A stretch of DNA of 64,000 bases from Sminthopsis crassicaudata (Eukaryota). Position numbers and translations under genes: made by a program. The stretch lies in contig NC_133617.1 of assembly GCF_048593235.1 (NCBI RefSeq), forward strand, positions 137,786,937 through 137,850,936, in the 5' to 3' direction. This document shows positions 21,890 to 34,987 of the stretch, piece after piece (position 1 is the first letter of the stretch; every line of letters begins with the position of its first letter). The notes below the pieces were generated by a model. It worked only from the letters and a program-made list of their open reading frames with translations. It made no database searches and was not told the origin of the DNA.

Positions 21890-24235
21890 TCTTCTGACAC
21901 AATCTTTGGGGCCACCTTTTTCAGAATCTTCACAAATTCCAATTCACAAGTTCGTTGCTTGGGGGTGGAGGTGGGGGAGAATTAAAACACTCCTAACTCT
22001 CCACTGACACATTCCTGTTATCTCTTTACCACTATTTCTCAGTAACCTCTGCTCCTTTGAGGTCCATACAATCCTCATCTTCCACCCAATCAAAATCCTG
22101 GTAGCTATTGTCTACACACCTCTAAGATACTCTTCCTTTTTCCCTGAATTCAGTATCTAGCTCACAATCGTTCTCTCTTCTGCAGTTTCTGCCTTCATAC
22201 TTCTTCAACATAGATACTGATACTCCCTCAAGCACCTTAACCTCCCAGTTCTCTAATATACTTATTTTCCAAGACCTACTCCTCCACTCTACTTCAGCCA
22301 CACGTAAAGATCAAAACCCTTGATCTTGCTATCACTCATAAATGCATCACCCTTTATCTGATTAAAATCTATTGGCTTCTTCCTCTCCCTCTACCTTAAC
22401 ATACCACCTTTCCTGTCAGTCTACATCATGACCTCCAATTCCTAGACCCCTCAGTTCTCTTCCAGGTCATATCCTCTGCACTAGTCACTTTCTCCAACTT
22501 TTCCATCTTGATTCATAAGAACCACTTCAATACTACATTGTCTTCTCCAGTCCCTTGCCCTTTTATCATATCAATTATGCCCTATCAAGTCTTAACCTTG
22601 GATCACTCCCATCATTCACTGCCTTTACTCCTACACATGCTGATAAATGAAGTTGGAGAAACTCATGCAACCATTTTGATTTGATCCACTAGAAATTTGT
22701 TGTACTTCCTCAATGTGGCCCTCACATGTACTAGGTAATCCTTCTATACCTCCCATATCAACTCACTGTCCCTTTCTCCAAAGCAGCTCTTCTAAACCTT
22801 TCCATTCCTTCAAACTTGCCATAACTCCTCTTCTTCCCTCAACTGAGAGCCTTGCTTCATATTTTACAGGAAAAAATTGAGGCCTTTTGCAGAGATATTC
22901 CTCATTTTCCTTCTCTTATTTCATATCACTCAAGTGCTTTCTGCCACTAGCTCCTTCTTCATCCCAGTCTCATTCAGATAAGTGACCCTTCTTGCCAAGG
23001 CAAACCTCCTCCACATGCACAAGTGATCCATTTCATCCCATCTCCTCCAGCGGACTGTCCCCTTTGTCACCCCTTTTATTTCACATATTTTCAATCTCTC
23101 CCAGTTTCCTACTAATATGCCCATCTGTCCCTCAGTCTCAAAAAATCCCCCACTTGATTTTTATATATCCACCATCATCTCCTCTCCTTTCTACTGTTTC
23201 TGGCTAAATACCTGAGAAGTCTATCTTTTATATTTATTTCCATTTCCTTTTCTCTTGCTCTCTTTTTTCTTCAATGGTATTTTATTTTGTCCAATTACAT
23301 TAATTTCCAATTAAAGATAGATTTCAACATTCATTTTTGTAAGATTTTGAGTTCCAAACTTTTTCTTCCCTTCTTCCCTTATCTCCCTCCTCCCCAAGAT
23401 ATCAAGCAACTTGATATAAATTACACATATGCAGTCGCTTTAAACATATTTCCATATTTGTCATGTTGTATAGTAAAAATCAGACCAGAAAGGGGGGAAA
23501 AAAACCATGAGAAAGGAAAAGCAAACAAACAAAAAGGGGAAAATACTATCCCTTGATCCACATTCAGTCTTCATCTTTCTTGACCTCTCTGCAGCCCCTG
23601 ACACTATCAATCACCTGCACCCTGGTGCAGACCTTTATCTCCCCATGCTTGGACTATTACAGTACAGCCTACTGGTGGGTCTGTCTACCTCTGGTGTCTT
23701 CCCACTCCAGTCTGATTTTTCCCAATTGAAGTCTTGTCATTCTCATATGCAATAAACTGCAGTAGTTCCCTATCACCTCAAGAATCAATTATAAATGCTT
23801 TGGCATTCAAAACCCTCCATAACTTAATCCTCTGTCCCCCTCTTTCCAGTCTTCATAAATCTTACTTATTGCTATGCACAGTACTCTTTTTAATCCAATG
23901 ACACTGACCTCCTTGTTGTTATCCAAATAAGAAAATCTCTCAGTTGCAGGCATTCTCTCTGATTGATTCCCATATCCTCTGCCCCTGAAGTCCTTCAAGT
24001 CCCAGTTAGAACCCCATCTTTTGCAGGAAGTCTCCCTCTTGATTCTAGTGCCTTCCCTCTTGATTATTTCTTATTTATCCTGTATACAGTATGTTTATAT
24101 GTATTTGTTTACATGCTACCTCCCCCATTAGATTGTGAATCCCCTGTGGGTAGGACTGTCTTTTGCTACTTTTGGTATCTCCAGCATTTAGCACAATCAT
24201 GGCAATAGGCACTTATAAATAAATGCTTATCGACT
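21890..24235 (+). mobile_element. Long L2 ORF2 remnant (endonuclease through RT to 3' end), interrupted by L1
   Basis: EN-like region (tttgaggtccat...gtagctattgtctac), RT motif (cttgacctctctgcagccc.tgacact) at ~23580, and L2 tail (tagattgtgaatccc...aataaatgctt). Confidence 0.75.
23262..23568 (-). mobile_element. L1 3' end
   Basis: Antisense marsupial L1 3' UTR (caattacatt...caacattcatttttgtaagattttgagttccaa). Confidence 0.75.
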
Positions 24236-24899
24236 ATATTTCCATGATTTTCTAAGAGCAAACCAAGAATGAGAAAGAAAAGGACTGCAAGGGGTAGAGA
24301 GAAACAAAGGCCAAATTACCACTAAGAGTTTCTTTTCTCTCCTCATTCCTTGCCTCCCACCCCTTCCTTTTGCCCAGTCCCTCAGGGTGTGTAAAACATT
24401 GTTGGTCATTTGGTTAATCCACCAGCTGGAATTAATTTGGACTCTTTCGGGGTTACATCATATTGTTCTTTCCAAAGCCACTTATAGACTGATGGCAGCC
24501 ATTCTGAGAGTCTACTAGCACAAGACAAAAAACTTCATCTAGATGGGGAGTTTCTTGAGTGGACTGGGCTGACGGGTGAGCAGGGACTTGTTCCACATGA
24601 GCCTTACTTAAACACACACAGACACACACACACCCAACCACTGGGTCAAAATCTGCGTAGGAAATATTTTCCCCAAACTTGTGGTGGTTTCATTTCTGTA
24701 TATCTAGGTTAACCCGGATTAACTTTTCAGGCTTCTGGAAGGGAGAGGCAAGGGCCCATGTCTACTTTCTAGTAAAGTGTTAACAAAATGATCAAGTAGG
24801 AGGGAGTCTGGGGGAATCTTATTTACTGAGTTTTGCCAGGGAAAGATGAAAAATCCAGTCATGGATTAGTAAAAAGCAGGATTTGGAAGTTCCATCTCC

Positions 24900-25470
24900 T
24901 CAGAGAAGAGATGGTTAATGGTGGAAGATTCTAGATCTTCTATTAACATCTTTTGAGGGCAGTAGTCCAGATGGACCAATAGAGATTAAATGAGCCAGAG
25001 TCTGAGAGAAGGATACTTCAGTGCCAGGATGAAATCAGTAGTTAATACCTAACTTACACTTACATGAACTGATGCTGAGTGAAGTGAGCAAAATCAAGAC
25101 ATTGCATAGTACTAGCAACATTGGGTGATGATCAGCTATGCTAGAGTCAGCTTTTCTCAGCCGGGGTGATCCCTACAGTTCCAGTACCTTTGAGATGGAA
25201 AGTGTCACCTGCATCCAGAGAGAGAGGTTTAGGAAGACTGAATATGAATGGAAGCATACTGGGTTTTCACCTTTTTCTCTGTTTGCTTTTCTGATTTTTC
25301 TTTCATAATTGATATGGAAATATGTTAAAAATAATTATACATGTATAATATATATCAGATTGCTTGCTGTCTAGGAGAAGTGGAAATAACAGAGAAAAAG
25401 AGAAAATATTTGGAACTCAGAATTTTATAAAAATGAATACTGAAAATTATCTTTACATATAATTGCTTAT
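24900..25470 (+). mobile_element. L1 3' region
   Basis: gacttacatgaactgatgctgagtgaagtgagca...L1 3' UTR motifs. Confidence 0.7.
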
Positions 25471-25679
25471 ATGTTACTTAATAGGATTTTATCTCCATAA
25501 ACAAACAAACAAACGAAAAAACCTCACTTATATTTTCTTCTGAACTGATACTGGCTCATCTCTTCCTACCTGTGCCAGGAATTTTCTCTATCCTTTCTGA
25601 CTCTGACCTTCTAATGATTGGTTTCAGTGGCAGAATTCTTCTCTGGGAGGCTAAAGTTTGATTTCTGACCTACATGAGG

Positions 25680-25714
<35 letters not shown>

Positions 25715-26029
25715 GAAGTATCAACAGTAATCAAAAGTTCACTGAACTTGAAGTCAGAAGAATCTGGGTTAAAACCCTAACTCAGGTATTTACTAAATAA
25801 GTAGGGAAACGACTTTAACTCTTTGAGCTCAGGTTTCTCTTCTGGTTAACCTGCAAGGTCTTTCAATCTCTAAACCTATGGTCCTGATCTTGGCCTATCT
25901 ATAATTTGATCTTGGATTCTGGCCTTGTGCTAAAGCTTACCTCATGACCCTTATGTCTCAGAGCACCTTTTCCTGATAAACAAGCCAAAATCAATATAAA
26001 TGTTATTTACTTCAAGTAACAGTAATGGG

Positions 26030-26250
26030 AGGTAGTGGGACAACCAGGTGGTGAGGTAGATATTGTGTTGGGTCTAGAATCAGGAAGACTTGGTTTAAAT
26101 GCAGTCTCATATATGTGTTCCTGGGCAAGTCACTCAACCCTATTTGCTCATCTGTAAAATGAGCTGGAGAAGGAAAAGACAAACTAGTAAGGTATCTTTG
26201 CCAAGAAAACCTCCCCAAAAGGGCTCAATTTCAGAGCATGACCAGGTATT
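26030..26250 (+). mobile_element. MAR1 SINE
   Basis: ctgggcaagtcact...tctgtaaaatgagctggagaaggaaa...tatctttgccaagaaaac. Confidence 0.8.
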
Positions 26251-26779
26251 CTCTGCCTGTTTCCTATTGGTTACCTGAGTTGTAATGAAGTTGTTTGCTG
26301 AGCCAGATGGATGGTGCATGCAAAAGATTCAAGCAAATGAATTCTCTTGATTTCCACTGTTTGGGGCCCCTGATCCAGGGAGGAACATTAAAACCTTGAC
26401 TCCCATGTGACTGTGAACACGAGGTATCTCTATTTTTTTCCCCTCGTGTGTTTATTCTTTCCTGATCATAGGTCAATGATTACCAGAGAAGGAACAGAAC
26501 AGAGTAAGACTGTGAATTTAGAAAGTAATACCAAAAGAATCATAAAAGGACTGGAAATGGTAGCAGAGATGGCTGGTAGAACGAACAGTCTTGAGGAGTG
26601 ACCTGCTTGATCCAGACAAATAAGTACCCACACTAACTGAATAACTGAACCAGCTATGAATTTGATGGGGATTCTGAGGAGACAAGACCAGAAAGATGTG
26701 GGGAGGTTGGAGTCAGGGTTCAGGAGTAGTGGGATAGAAGACCTCTCATGGGAATGTGACCCTTGAACTATGCCCTAAT

Positions 26780-27269
26780 TATGACTTCCGACTTTACTAT
26801 AAGTTGAGCCATAGCTAAAAGCTGCAGGTGTTCGATTTTCTTGGATGAACATTTCCCCTCCTACTTCCCTCCTTCCCCACCTCTTAATTAACACTTAAGC
26901 ACATCTTTTAAAGGCAATGATGGCTTTGGGAATTCAGATAACAGAATTCTCTAATCCAAGAATATCTGCTTGTATAGCAGTTCTCTAAGGAAATTTGAAT
27001 TAAGAGTTTGTTATTTATTCTTTTGTTTCTGGGATAGATTTCTGTGTAAACCTGGACTCCCCCAGACCATGGGAGAAAAGGTAGAGGGGGAGGGACTTCT
27101 GTGTTTAGGGTCTATTTAATCTTGTGTTTTGCAGTTTGTGGTTTGCACTCCTCTACTGACACTTTGTCTGTTGGGAGTTGTCCTTCCTCACGAGATTGTA
27201 ATAAATCCTTTTTTTTCCTTCTCACCTGGAGAGTCTCTGATTTTAATTTGGGTAAGGGTCACTGTCACA
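26780..27269 (+). mobile_element. Probable solo LTR
   Basis: AATAAA at 27200 followed by a U5-like tail ending gtcaCA. The 5' end is uncertain. Confidence 0.45.
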
Positions 27270-27660
27270 CTCAGTAGTGTACTTTAAGTTTGAGTCCACT
27301 CAGGAGAAAGACCCAATGGAATATAGGGGGGGTGATCAAACCTCCCAATTTGAACTGAAGTTATTCTATGTTGTTTTTTGCTATATCTTGTTAGCAAATA
27401 TCCCTTTGCTAATTGGTATTAATTGGCTAATTGATATTGCAGATATATTAAATGATGGAGGTTTGTGAGCAGTAGTTATTAGAAAACCCAGATGTCTTCT
27501 AATAAAACAATTGATAATAGGAGTGGGAATTGGGGGAGTATACTTAGAATTTATGTAATACAAAATATAAAAAATCTTGATTTAAATAATAGATAAATTT
27601 AAAGGATACTTATCAACTTACAAAAGGACTTAAAGCAGAATTTCTTTAAACATCAAGCTC

Positions 27661-28274
27661 TTTTCTTCCCCCCCATCCCCTCTTTTATGTAGTGGCAAGG
27701 AACTGGATATTGAATGGATGCCCATCAGTTGCAGAATGGCTGAATAACTTATAATATATGAAGGAAATGGAATATTATTTTTTTATATAAGAAATGATGA
27801 GCAGCCTGATTTTGGAAAAGCCTGGATAGACCTACATGCTGAGTGAAGTGAGCAGAACCAGGAGAACATTATACACAGTAACAAGATTATGTGATGACTT
27901 AGCTCTTCTCAACAATGTAGTGATTCAAAGTAATTCCAATAGACTTGGGATGGAAAATGCCAATCACATCCAAAGAAAGAATTATAGAGACTGAATGTGG
28001 ATCAATGCCTAGTATTTTCATCTTTTTTGTTTTTTTCCTTTTAGTCTGATTTTTCTTGTACAAGATGACAAATATGGATATATGTTTAAAAAGATTGAAC
28101 ATATTTAACCTATATCAGATTACTTACTGTTTTGGAAAGAGTTAGGGAAGGGAGAAAAATTTAGAGCCCAAAGTTTTACAAAAATGAATGTTGAAAACTA
28201 TATATGTATTTGGAAAAATAAAATACTATTGAGGAAAAAAAAAAAAGATAAAAGATATGAGAACTAAAAACAAA
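27661..28274 (+). mobile_element. 5'-truncated L1
   Basis: L1 ORF2 end and 3' UTR. 13-bp TSD aaacatcaagctc at 27648-27660 and 28275-28287. Confidence 0.85.
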
Positions 28275-29064
28275 AAACATCAAGCTCCCTTAATGAATTT
28301 GAAACATAATTTTTTTTTAAAGACCCAATCAATATTTGCTAAGCTACAATATATATCAGGAACTCTGTTAGAAATAAGCATGGCATTCAAAGTCCATAGT
28401 GAAACACCCCTTGCTTTTAAGGAGCTTACATTCTAAGAGAGGAGACTACTTGTACACTTGTATAAATACAATAATTACAAAGTGATTTGGGGAGTAGTTT
28501 AGGTGTCAGTAGCCATAGATTGAATCAGCAAAATTTTGTATAAATGATAGTACTTTATATGAGTTTTTAAAGATTGCTAAGGATCCAAACAGGGACTACA
28601 AAAGGAAGAAGCAAGAGGAAAGTATAGGAATATTCCAGGGATAGCATGTGCTCATTGCTATAGAGAAATCAGAGGATGTTAGCAGAAATTCCAGGAAACA
28701 GTAATCTACAAACTCTGATCCAGGACTTTTTTAGGTCATATAAGAGGTATTGCCACTATATGACTCTATAAAATGTTTTCCTTCTTAATTTATTTTTATA
28801 TTGCAAAACACTTTACAAACACTGAAAAGAATAAGCATTTCTACATATAAAATTGAACTAAAAAGTAGGATTGCACATGGATCTGAAAATCTCTTTTATA
28901 ATTATAGTACATGCTCTGAAATCACTATTCCAACTCTTACACACATTGATGACTTGTTACTATGTGCCCTCAAGGAAACTTTAAAGCCTTGAGGAATTGG
29001 GAATTTTTTCTTTTGGATGAAGTTCTTAAGTTCTCACCAGTACTTTTCTTTATGAGTATATTTT

Positions 29065-29305
29065 TGTTTAGTCTTTTCAGTTGTGTCCAACTGTGATCCC
29101 TTTGGAGGATTTTCCTGGCAATCTTACTGGAGTAGTTTGTCTTTTCCTCAGACTCCTTTTATGGATGAGGAAACTGAAATAGAATGAGTTAAAGTGACTT
29201 GTCCACAGTCACACAGCCATTATGTATCTGAGGCTGAATTTGAATTCAGGTTTTCCTGATTCCAGGCTCATAACTCTATCCACTGGACCAGTTAACTGCT
29301 CCTCA
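29065..29305 (-). mobile_element. MAR1 SINE
   Basis: Antisense MAR1 (gtcttttcagttgtgtcc...gatgaggaaactga...tgaggctgaatttgaattcagg). Confidence 0.75.
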
Positions 29306-30050
29306 TGATTATAGGTTGATATACATGATTAAGATAGACTTAATTAGCTTCTAGAAAGGAGTATTTACTAAAGTTGAGAGAGTTGATATAATTATTACAG
29401 ACATTCCTATTAAAAATCTGTGTCTCATTCTCCCAGTACATATACACAGTTCCAGTAAAGTGGGCTCAAGCTTAGCACAATGTGGCAAATGAGTAACTTC
29501 CAACTCCTGGCACATGGTAGGCATTTAATAAATGTTTATTGACTAAGGGACTGATTGATCTTTTGCTTTGGTTCTCAAGTTATTCTCTGTAGGTGTATTG
29601 TTGATTTTATTTGTTTTTTTTTTGTATAGCCTTTCATCTGCTTTTTCATTAAATCCAGTCTGATTTTGTCCTCAAGAAATAATTTCATCAGCTTTTCTGG
29701 AGATGTTGCTAGGATCCTGAGGAAAAAGTCCAAGTCTTCTAGATCCTTTAAAGTTCATGAGATCCTTCAAAGTACTCTGGCCAAAGGGAGAGGGGAGGAG
29801 ACCAAGACTGATTCCTTTCAGGGGGTTAACTTGACTGCTCTATTCTAGGCACTTTCAAATTCCAGATAGCTGTATGGGTTTTACACAGGTCCTAGAAGAT
29901 ATCACCAAGTCCCTCACTTAATCCAAACAGCCTTCATACTGAGGAAGGTAACTAGGCTTATGTTCATCCCAAAAGGGTAAATGTATCAATCAGAGTATTT
30001 TATCGTGTTAATCAGGGTTGGCTATTCCTCCATCCTTACATTTATGACTT

Positions 30051-30089
<39 letters not shown>

Positions 30090-30259
30090 AAGAAAGAAAT
30101 GTCAAATCTGCTATGTTACATTTGAAAATGTTATGATTGATTCCAATTTTTAATTCAGCTAATTTGGCACTTTATATGATATACTCTGCCTGTAAGGTAA
30201 ATAAATAAGGTGAGAACCATACAGCATTATCATACTCTTTTTCCAATTTTAAATCTATC

Positions 30260-31050
30260 ACTTGTTCCATGTTCAGTTCTAATTGTTGCTTCTTGGCCTG
30301 CATACAGATTCCTCAGGAGATAAATTAAGATGATCCAGTACTCCTATCTCTTTGAGGTGACCCACACAAAGGTTTTAATGTGGTCAATGAAGGAGAAATG
30401 GATGTTTTTCTGGAACTCTTGTTTTCTCCATAATCCAGAGAATATTATCAATTTGGTCTCTAGTTCATCTGCCTCTTCAAAAACCAGTCTGCACTTCTGG
30501 TAATTCTCAGCATACATATTGTAGATGTCTAGTTTGCAGAATCTTAAGCATAAACTTGCTGGCACTAAGTAAAATTGTTTGGTAATTGGAATATTCCTTG
30601 GCATTGCCCTTCTTTAGGACTAGAATAGGACCTGATCTTTTCCAATCCAGTGGCCACATCCCAGTTTTCCAAATTTGCTTTGCCTAAATTGCCTAAAGTG
30701 CAGCACTTTAACAGCATTATCTTTTAGGATTTTAAATAGCTCAGCTGGAATTCTGTCACCTTTCCTAGCCTTTTACAATAAGTGCTTCTTAAGGTCCACT
30801 TAACTTCTTCAGAAGTCTGACTCTAGAGCATAACTGGAAATAGTAAGATCTTTCTTGTATAGTTCTTTTGTGTATCCTTATCTCCTGTTCTTAACCTTTT
30901 CTGCAGCCCTACCATTATTGTCTTTTATCATGTCCCTTTTTAAATGAAACATACCCTTGCTATCTCTAATATTCTTGAAGAAATCTTGGTTTTCCTATTC
31001 TATTGCTTAATCAAGCAAAATAAATCTCCACATTTACCATGTCCAGTAAG
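30260..31050 (-). mobile_element. BovB/RTE-1 LINE fragment (RT N-terminal region)
   Basis: Close to recalled BovB antisense consensus (ggatgtttttctggaactc, ccttggcattgcccttctttagg, cagttttccaaatttgct, ttttaggattttaaatagctcagctggaatt). ORF 30344-30604 contains NIHFSFIDHIKTF (cf. BovB NIYFCFIDYAKAF). Confidence 0.85.
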
Positions 31051-33049
31051 GCATGTCTAATTCTGTACCTTTAGTCCATCTCTTCTCTGACAAGAATTGG
31101 GTAGCATGCTTCATATATTGGCTCTCTGAAGATGCTGGAGTATAAAAATCTAGTAACCATTTTTTTTTTAAACTAAGATTTGGAGTCCTGGTTTTTATAG
31201 GAAAATGCAAGCAATGCACACTTTTTAGAATGCCTTCCTACATTTCACATGCATAAATATGACCCTAAGGAAAATACTAATTAAGGTCATTGGTTTAGTG
31301 GATGACATGTCTTGACCTAAAAATCAGAAATTGTTGTGTATTGTACTGGCCCCAACTGATTTTTGCCAGGCTCCTGAGTATTACTTTTACTCTTTTGCCC
31401 CAGTAAACTAGGGATTAAGGCTACCCTGGCCACCCTCAGGGAAGTATTAAGAAAATAAATGAAGTCATTTACTGGATTATCACCTTCCTGGGGAAATTTA
31501 TCAGCACATCCTTCTGGGAACAAACAGAACAATAGGTCAGGGATTTAGAACTGGAAAGAACCTTAGATATATAGTCCTATGCCCTTTAATTTTATAAATG
31601 AGGAAATCTAGACGCAAAGAACCTAACTGATCTGCCAAAGTCAAGCAGGTAGTAAGTGCAACCCATGATTTACCACCAATTATCTGGGCTCACAAGGACT
31701 GGCTTCAGTCTTGGGGCAATCTTTCACAAATTTTTCTGGCTTGTGCTCCTAAATAGATTTTCTTCTGGAGATATCAGAATTTGGTTTGTTTTTATCATCA
31801 CTATGGTTTTCTTTGGCAGAATGAGAAGAATCTATCTCCTAAGTCTCTATAAAAAGAAAGAGGGGTGTGTGTTGGGAGAGAAGGAGGAATCAGGTCCCCT
31901 GCAAGCTAACAAAACATGAAATATAGAGAAGACAAAAAAAAAAATGCTAAGCCCATAAATAATTAGGACAGTTCTTCTCTCTCTCAAATGAACTTCTACC
32001 TTCCCCAAAGACCTATGAAATCCTGTAGGCCTTTCCTGCACAGAAAGAAAAGACTCAGGATTGTTAGGATCCAACCCTTTCCCCCCAGGCCCATGTTCCT
32101 CAAGGACAAGTGTAACTCCCCAAACTTAAAAGTACTGATATGGAAGAGGATCTCTTACACTTGGAATTGCTAGAACCAAACAAACGGTCCACTCTGATGG
32201 GACCCATATAGTCATTCCTGACTTTTAACATCATTCTAAGCTTCAGTTCTAACTCCCTTTACCATTCTACTTCACTCCCCACCAAAAAAGGAGGAAAGAA
32301 TTTAGGTGTTATTAGAGAATAAACTTTCCCTTTCTCCTAGACCTGCATAGTCCATATAACCACAATAAGGGCAAGGTTTAAGTTGTTCCTCCTCTTCATT
32401 GTCCTTCCCTTTATCTCACCTTAGTTCCAGCTATTATAGCTCTCAACTTAATCTAGTAATTATCTTGGTCCAGAAACCAACCATAGCTGTTGCCATTTCA
32501 TTGATGTTGGCTCACATCTTAATGATTCCTGGTTTGGACCAAGAATTCTTTGCTATTTTTTATCACTTCTTTTACTGCTGTTTCTGGATCTACCTGGTTT
32601 GCTGGAAAGATTTTGATTTCACAGGGCTCCTCCAGGGAACTGAGTCACTGTTTTTGTAGTCAACATTTCTCCTTTCTAGTCCTTCATCATTGAGTTTGTT
32701 TGTAGCCCCCCCTTTAAAAGTATAGCTAATGTAAAGTAGCAATGAAAATTAATCATTTAGATTTAGATGGCCAGGGTAGCCTTATAATTCTCGATAACTT
32801 CATGAATGAAACCTTTGTCAGCCCAGCCTTAATGGGGCAACAAGAACCCAGGAAAAGCTTGTCAAATAGTTCATCTTGACTAGAGAATTTCATACCTTGT
32901 TTAGAAGAGTAGAGGGAAGTGGGATTTACCCAACTCCTTCTGAGGCAAGTTTGAGCTCTTCTTCACAAGTAGCAGAAATGGGATTTGAACCTATATCCCT
33001 TGGTTCAAAATTCCATTTCTGCTGCTTGTTCAGAAAAGAATAGAAGGAA

Positions 33050-34670
33050 ATGGATTGTATCAAGACATTTGAAAAAGTCTCTTACAATATCCTTAGGGAC
33101 AAGATAGAAAAGATGCAAACTAGAAACTACAAACTAGTACAATTAGGAGGTCTTAGAACTGGTTGTCCAGTCCCTAAGGATATTGATCAAAGAGTTAACA
33201 TCCTTCAAGAGAAAAGCTTCAAACAAAGTGTCCCAGGGATTTGTCCTTGATCTGTTCTTTTCAACAATTTTGTCAGGGACTTGTAGGAAGGACATTTATC
33301 AAATCTGTAGATGACACAAAGCTTTGGAGGGATAGTTAATACACTAGATGACAGAATCAGAATCCCAAAAAGTTCTTGACAGTCTAGGAATGATGGGCTA
33401 AAGCTAAAAAGATAAAATTTAATAGGGATGGGTTCTTTTTCTAAATGCATTTCCCTTTATTTCTTTTTAAATAATTTTACTTTTTAATTCCAAATTCTAC
33501 TCCTCTCCCTCCTCCTCCCTTCCCCAATACATTGAAAAAGCAAGAAATATAAGATAATAGGTATAGATTTTAAATCTTATCCATAGATTCAAAAAAATAA
33601 AATATATAAGTACAGAATGGGATTTATAGCTAGAAAGCAGTTCATCTAAAAAAAGATCTAAGAATTCTGGTGGAGCATAGCTAATAGGATTTTAGATTGT
33701 ATTAATAGAAGTATAAGGTCCAGCCAGGAAAGCCGATAGCCCTGCAACACTTTGTCCTGATAAGATCCAAACTGTGAACTGCATACTGTTTTGGGCACCA
33801 CATTTTAGAGGGTATTTTGACAAATCGAGAGAATTCAGAGAGGGTGGATATTAGAGTAAATAGACCCAAAATGATGATATATGAGTTTTAGAATGATTAC
33901 TTTACAATATAAAAGACTACAGGGGATTTGATAACTATTTTCAGGTATATGAAAGGCTATGTCATGGAAGATGTTATTTGTCCTTGGTTTTTGATGAGAA
34001 TGACTTCACAGGGTGATGTCTTAGATTGTGGGATTTAAGTGAGGCAGTGGTTAGCTTTAGTCTCTCTTCCAAAGTCCAGTGACAAGACAAAAGTCAGGAC
34101 GGGAGGTGTCCTGGGATGCAGAGTATCTAAGCACTTACAGTGCTGCTTCAGCTGCCTCCCTGGCCATTGGAGTAAATTGTTCTCCTCTGTCCATTTGGCC
34201 AGGGGAAGTCTTCACAAGTTTGAGATGGACTCCCCCAATAAGCCTGTGGTTACTTTCCACCTGACTTATCCCATCTGCCAAGAGGGTTTACCAGGGTCTG
34301 GCTACTGAGGAGGCTGCAGCTTCTTGAAATCACAGATGAGAGTTCATTGAATTAGATGGACACCAAAGGTGGATAAGCAGCCTAGAAAAGGGCTCAGTAT
34401 TCCAGAGGTGTCAGTCCTCCTGAATACTCTATGCACCCTTATGGAAGATATAGCAGGGAAAAGAACTAAGGACCAATGGTGGGAGTTTTAGGGACAGAAA
34501 TTTCAACTTTATGTTAGGGAAAACTTTCTAATAATCAAAGATATTGCAAAATGGAATGGGCTACCTAATAATATCTTCATGGAGAAGTCAGCTGATCTCT
34601 CATCAGGGATATTGTAACTGGGATTCACGAGTTGAAAAGAGGTTGTCTAGAAGACCTCTAAAATCTTTTC
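33050..34670 (+). mobile_element. L3/CR1 LINE remnant (RT and 3' end), interrupted by younger repeats
   Basis: KTFEKVSYNILRDK (CR1 KAFDxVSHxIL type), gtgtcccaggga (GVPQG), gatgacacaaagct (DDTKL), and a CR1-type tail to ~34670. Confidence 0.8.
33972..34440 (-). mobile_element. RTE-mobilised SINE (WALLSI/RTESINE-like) nested in L3
   Basis: gttatttgtccttggt...gggtgatgtctt...ggatttaagtgaggcag...ggacaccaaaggtggat..gcagcc.agaaaagggctc. Confidence 0.7.
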
Positions 34671-34987
34671 TAATTATCCCCAGTCTTCTCACACCCTCCT
34701 TTCTTGCCCCAACTCTTTTATCTCTGACTAACTGGAGACTACGTGATCACTGGTAGATTTTCCATCACTCTGTTTGAACTGAGCACAGAAATATCCCTGC
34801 TGGAAGCTGAGCAATAGCTTTGCCAGGAGATTCTTTTTGGGTGTTGATTCCAAGCCAGATTCTACTCAGGCTAGTCCATTGAGAGAGGCTTGAGAATAAT
34901 ACTAAATGGGAAACTCACAAACCAGATAACATTATAAAAGAAGATTTACTTCACAAGAGTATGGGGGAAAGAAGAAGGAAATGGTGG

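Noticed and set aside
27290-27620. AT-rich segment as a possible NUMT
   Set aside because: No mitochondrial protein, tRNA or rRNA motif recognised in any frame or strand.
30052-30100. Orphan poly(A) (and poly(T) at 25681-25711) as retrocopy tails
   Set aside because: No attached transcript body or TSD was found, so they are treated as simple repeats.
32463-32488. Resemblance to miR-133 (TTGGTCC...CAACCA..GCTG)
   Set aside because: The central bases and spacing differ, and the miR-133 5p arm is absent upstream.
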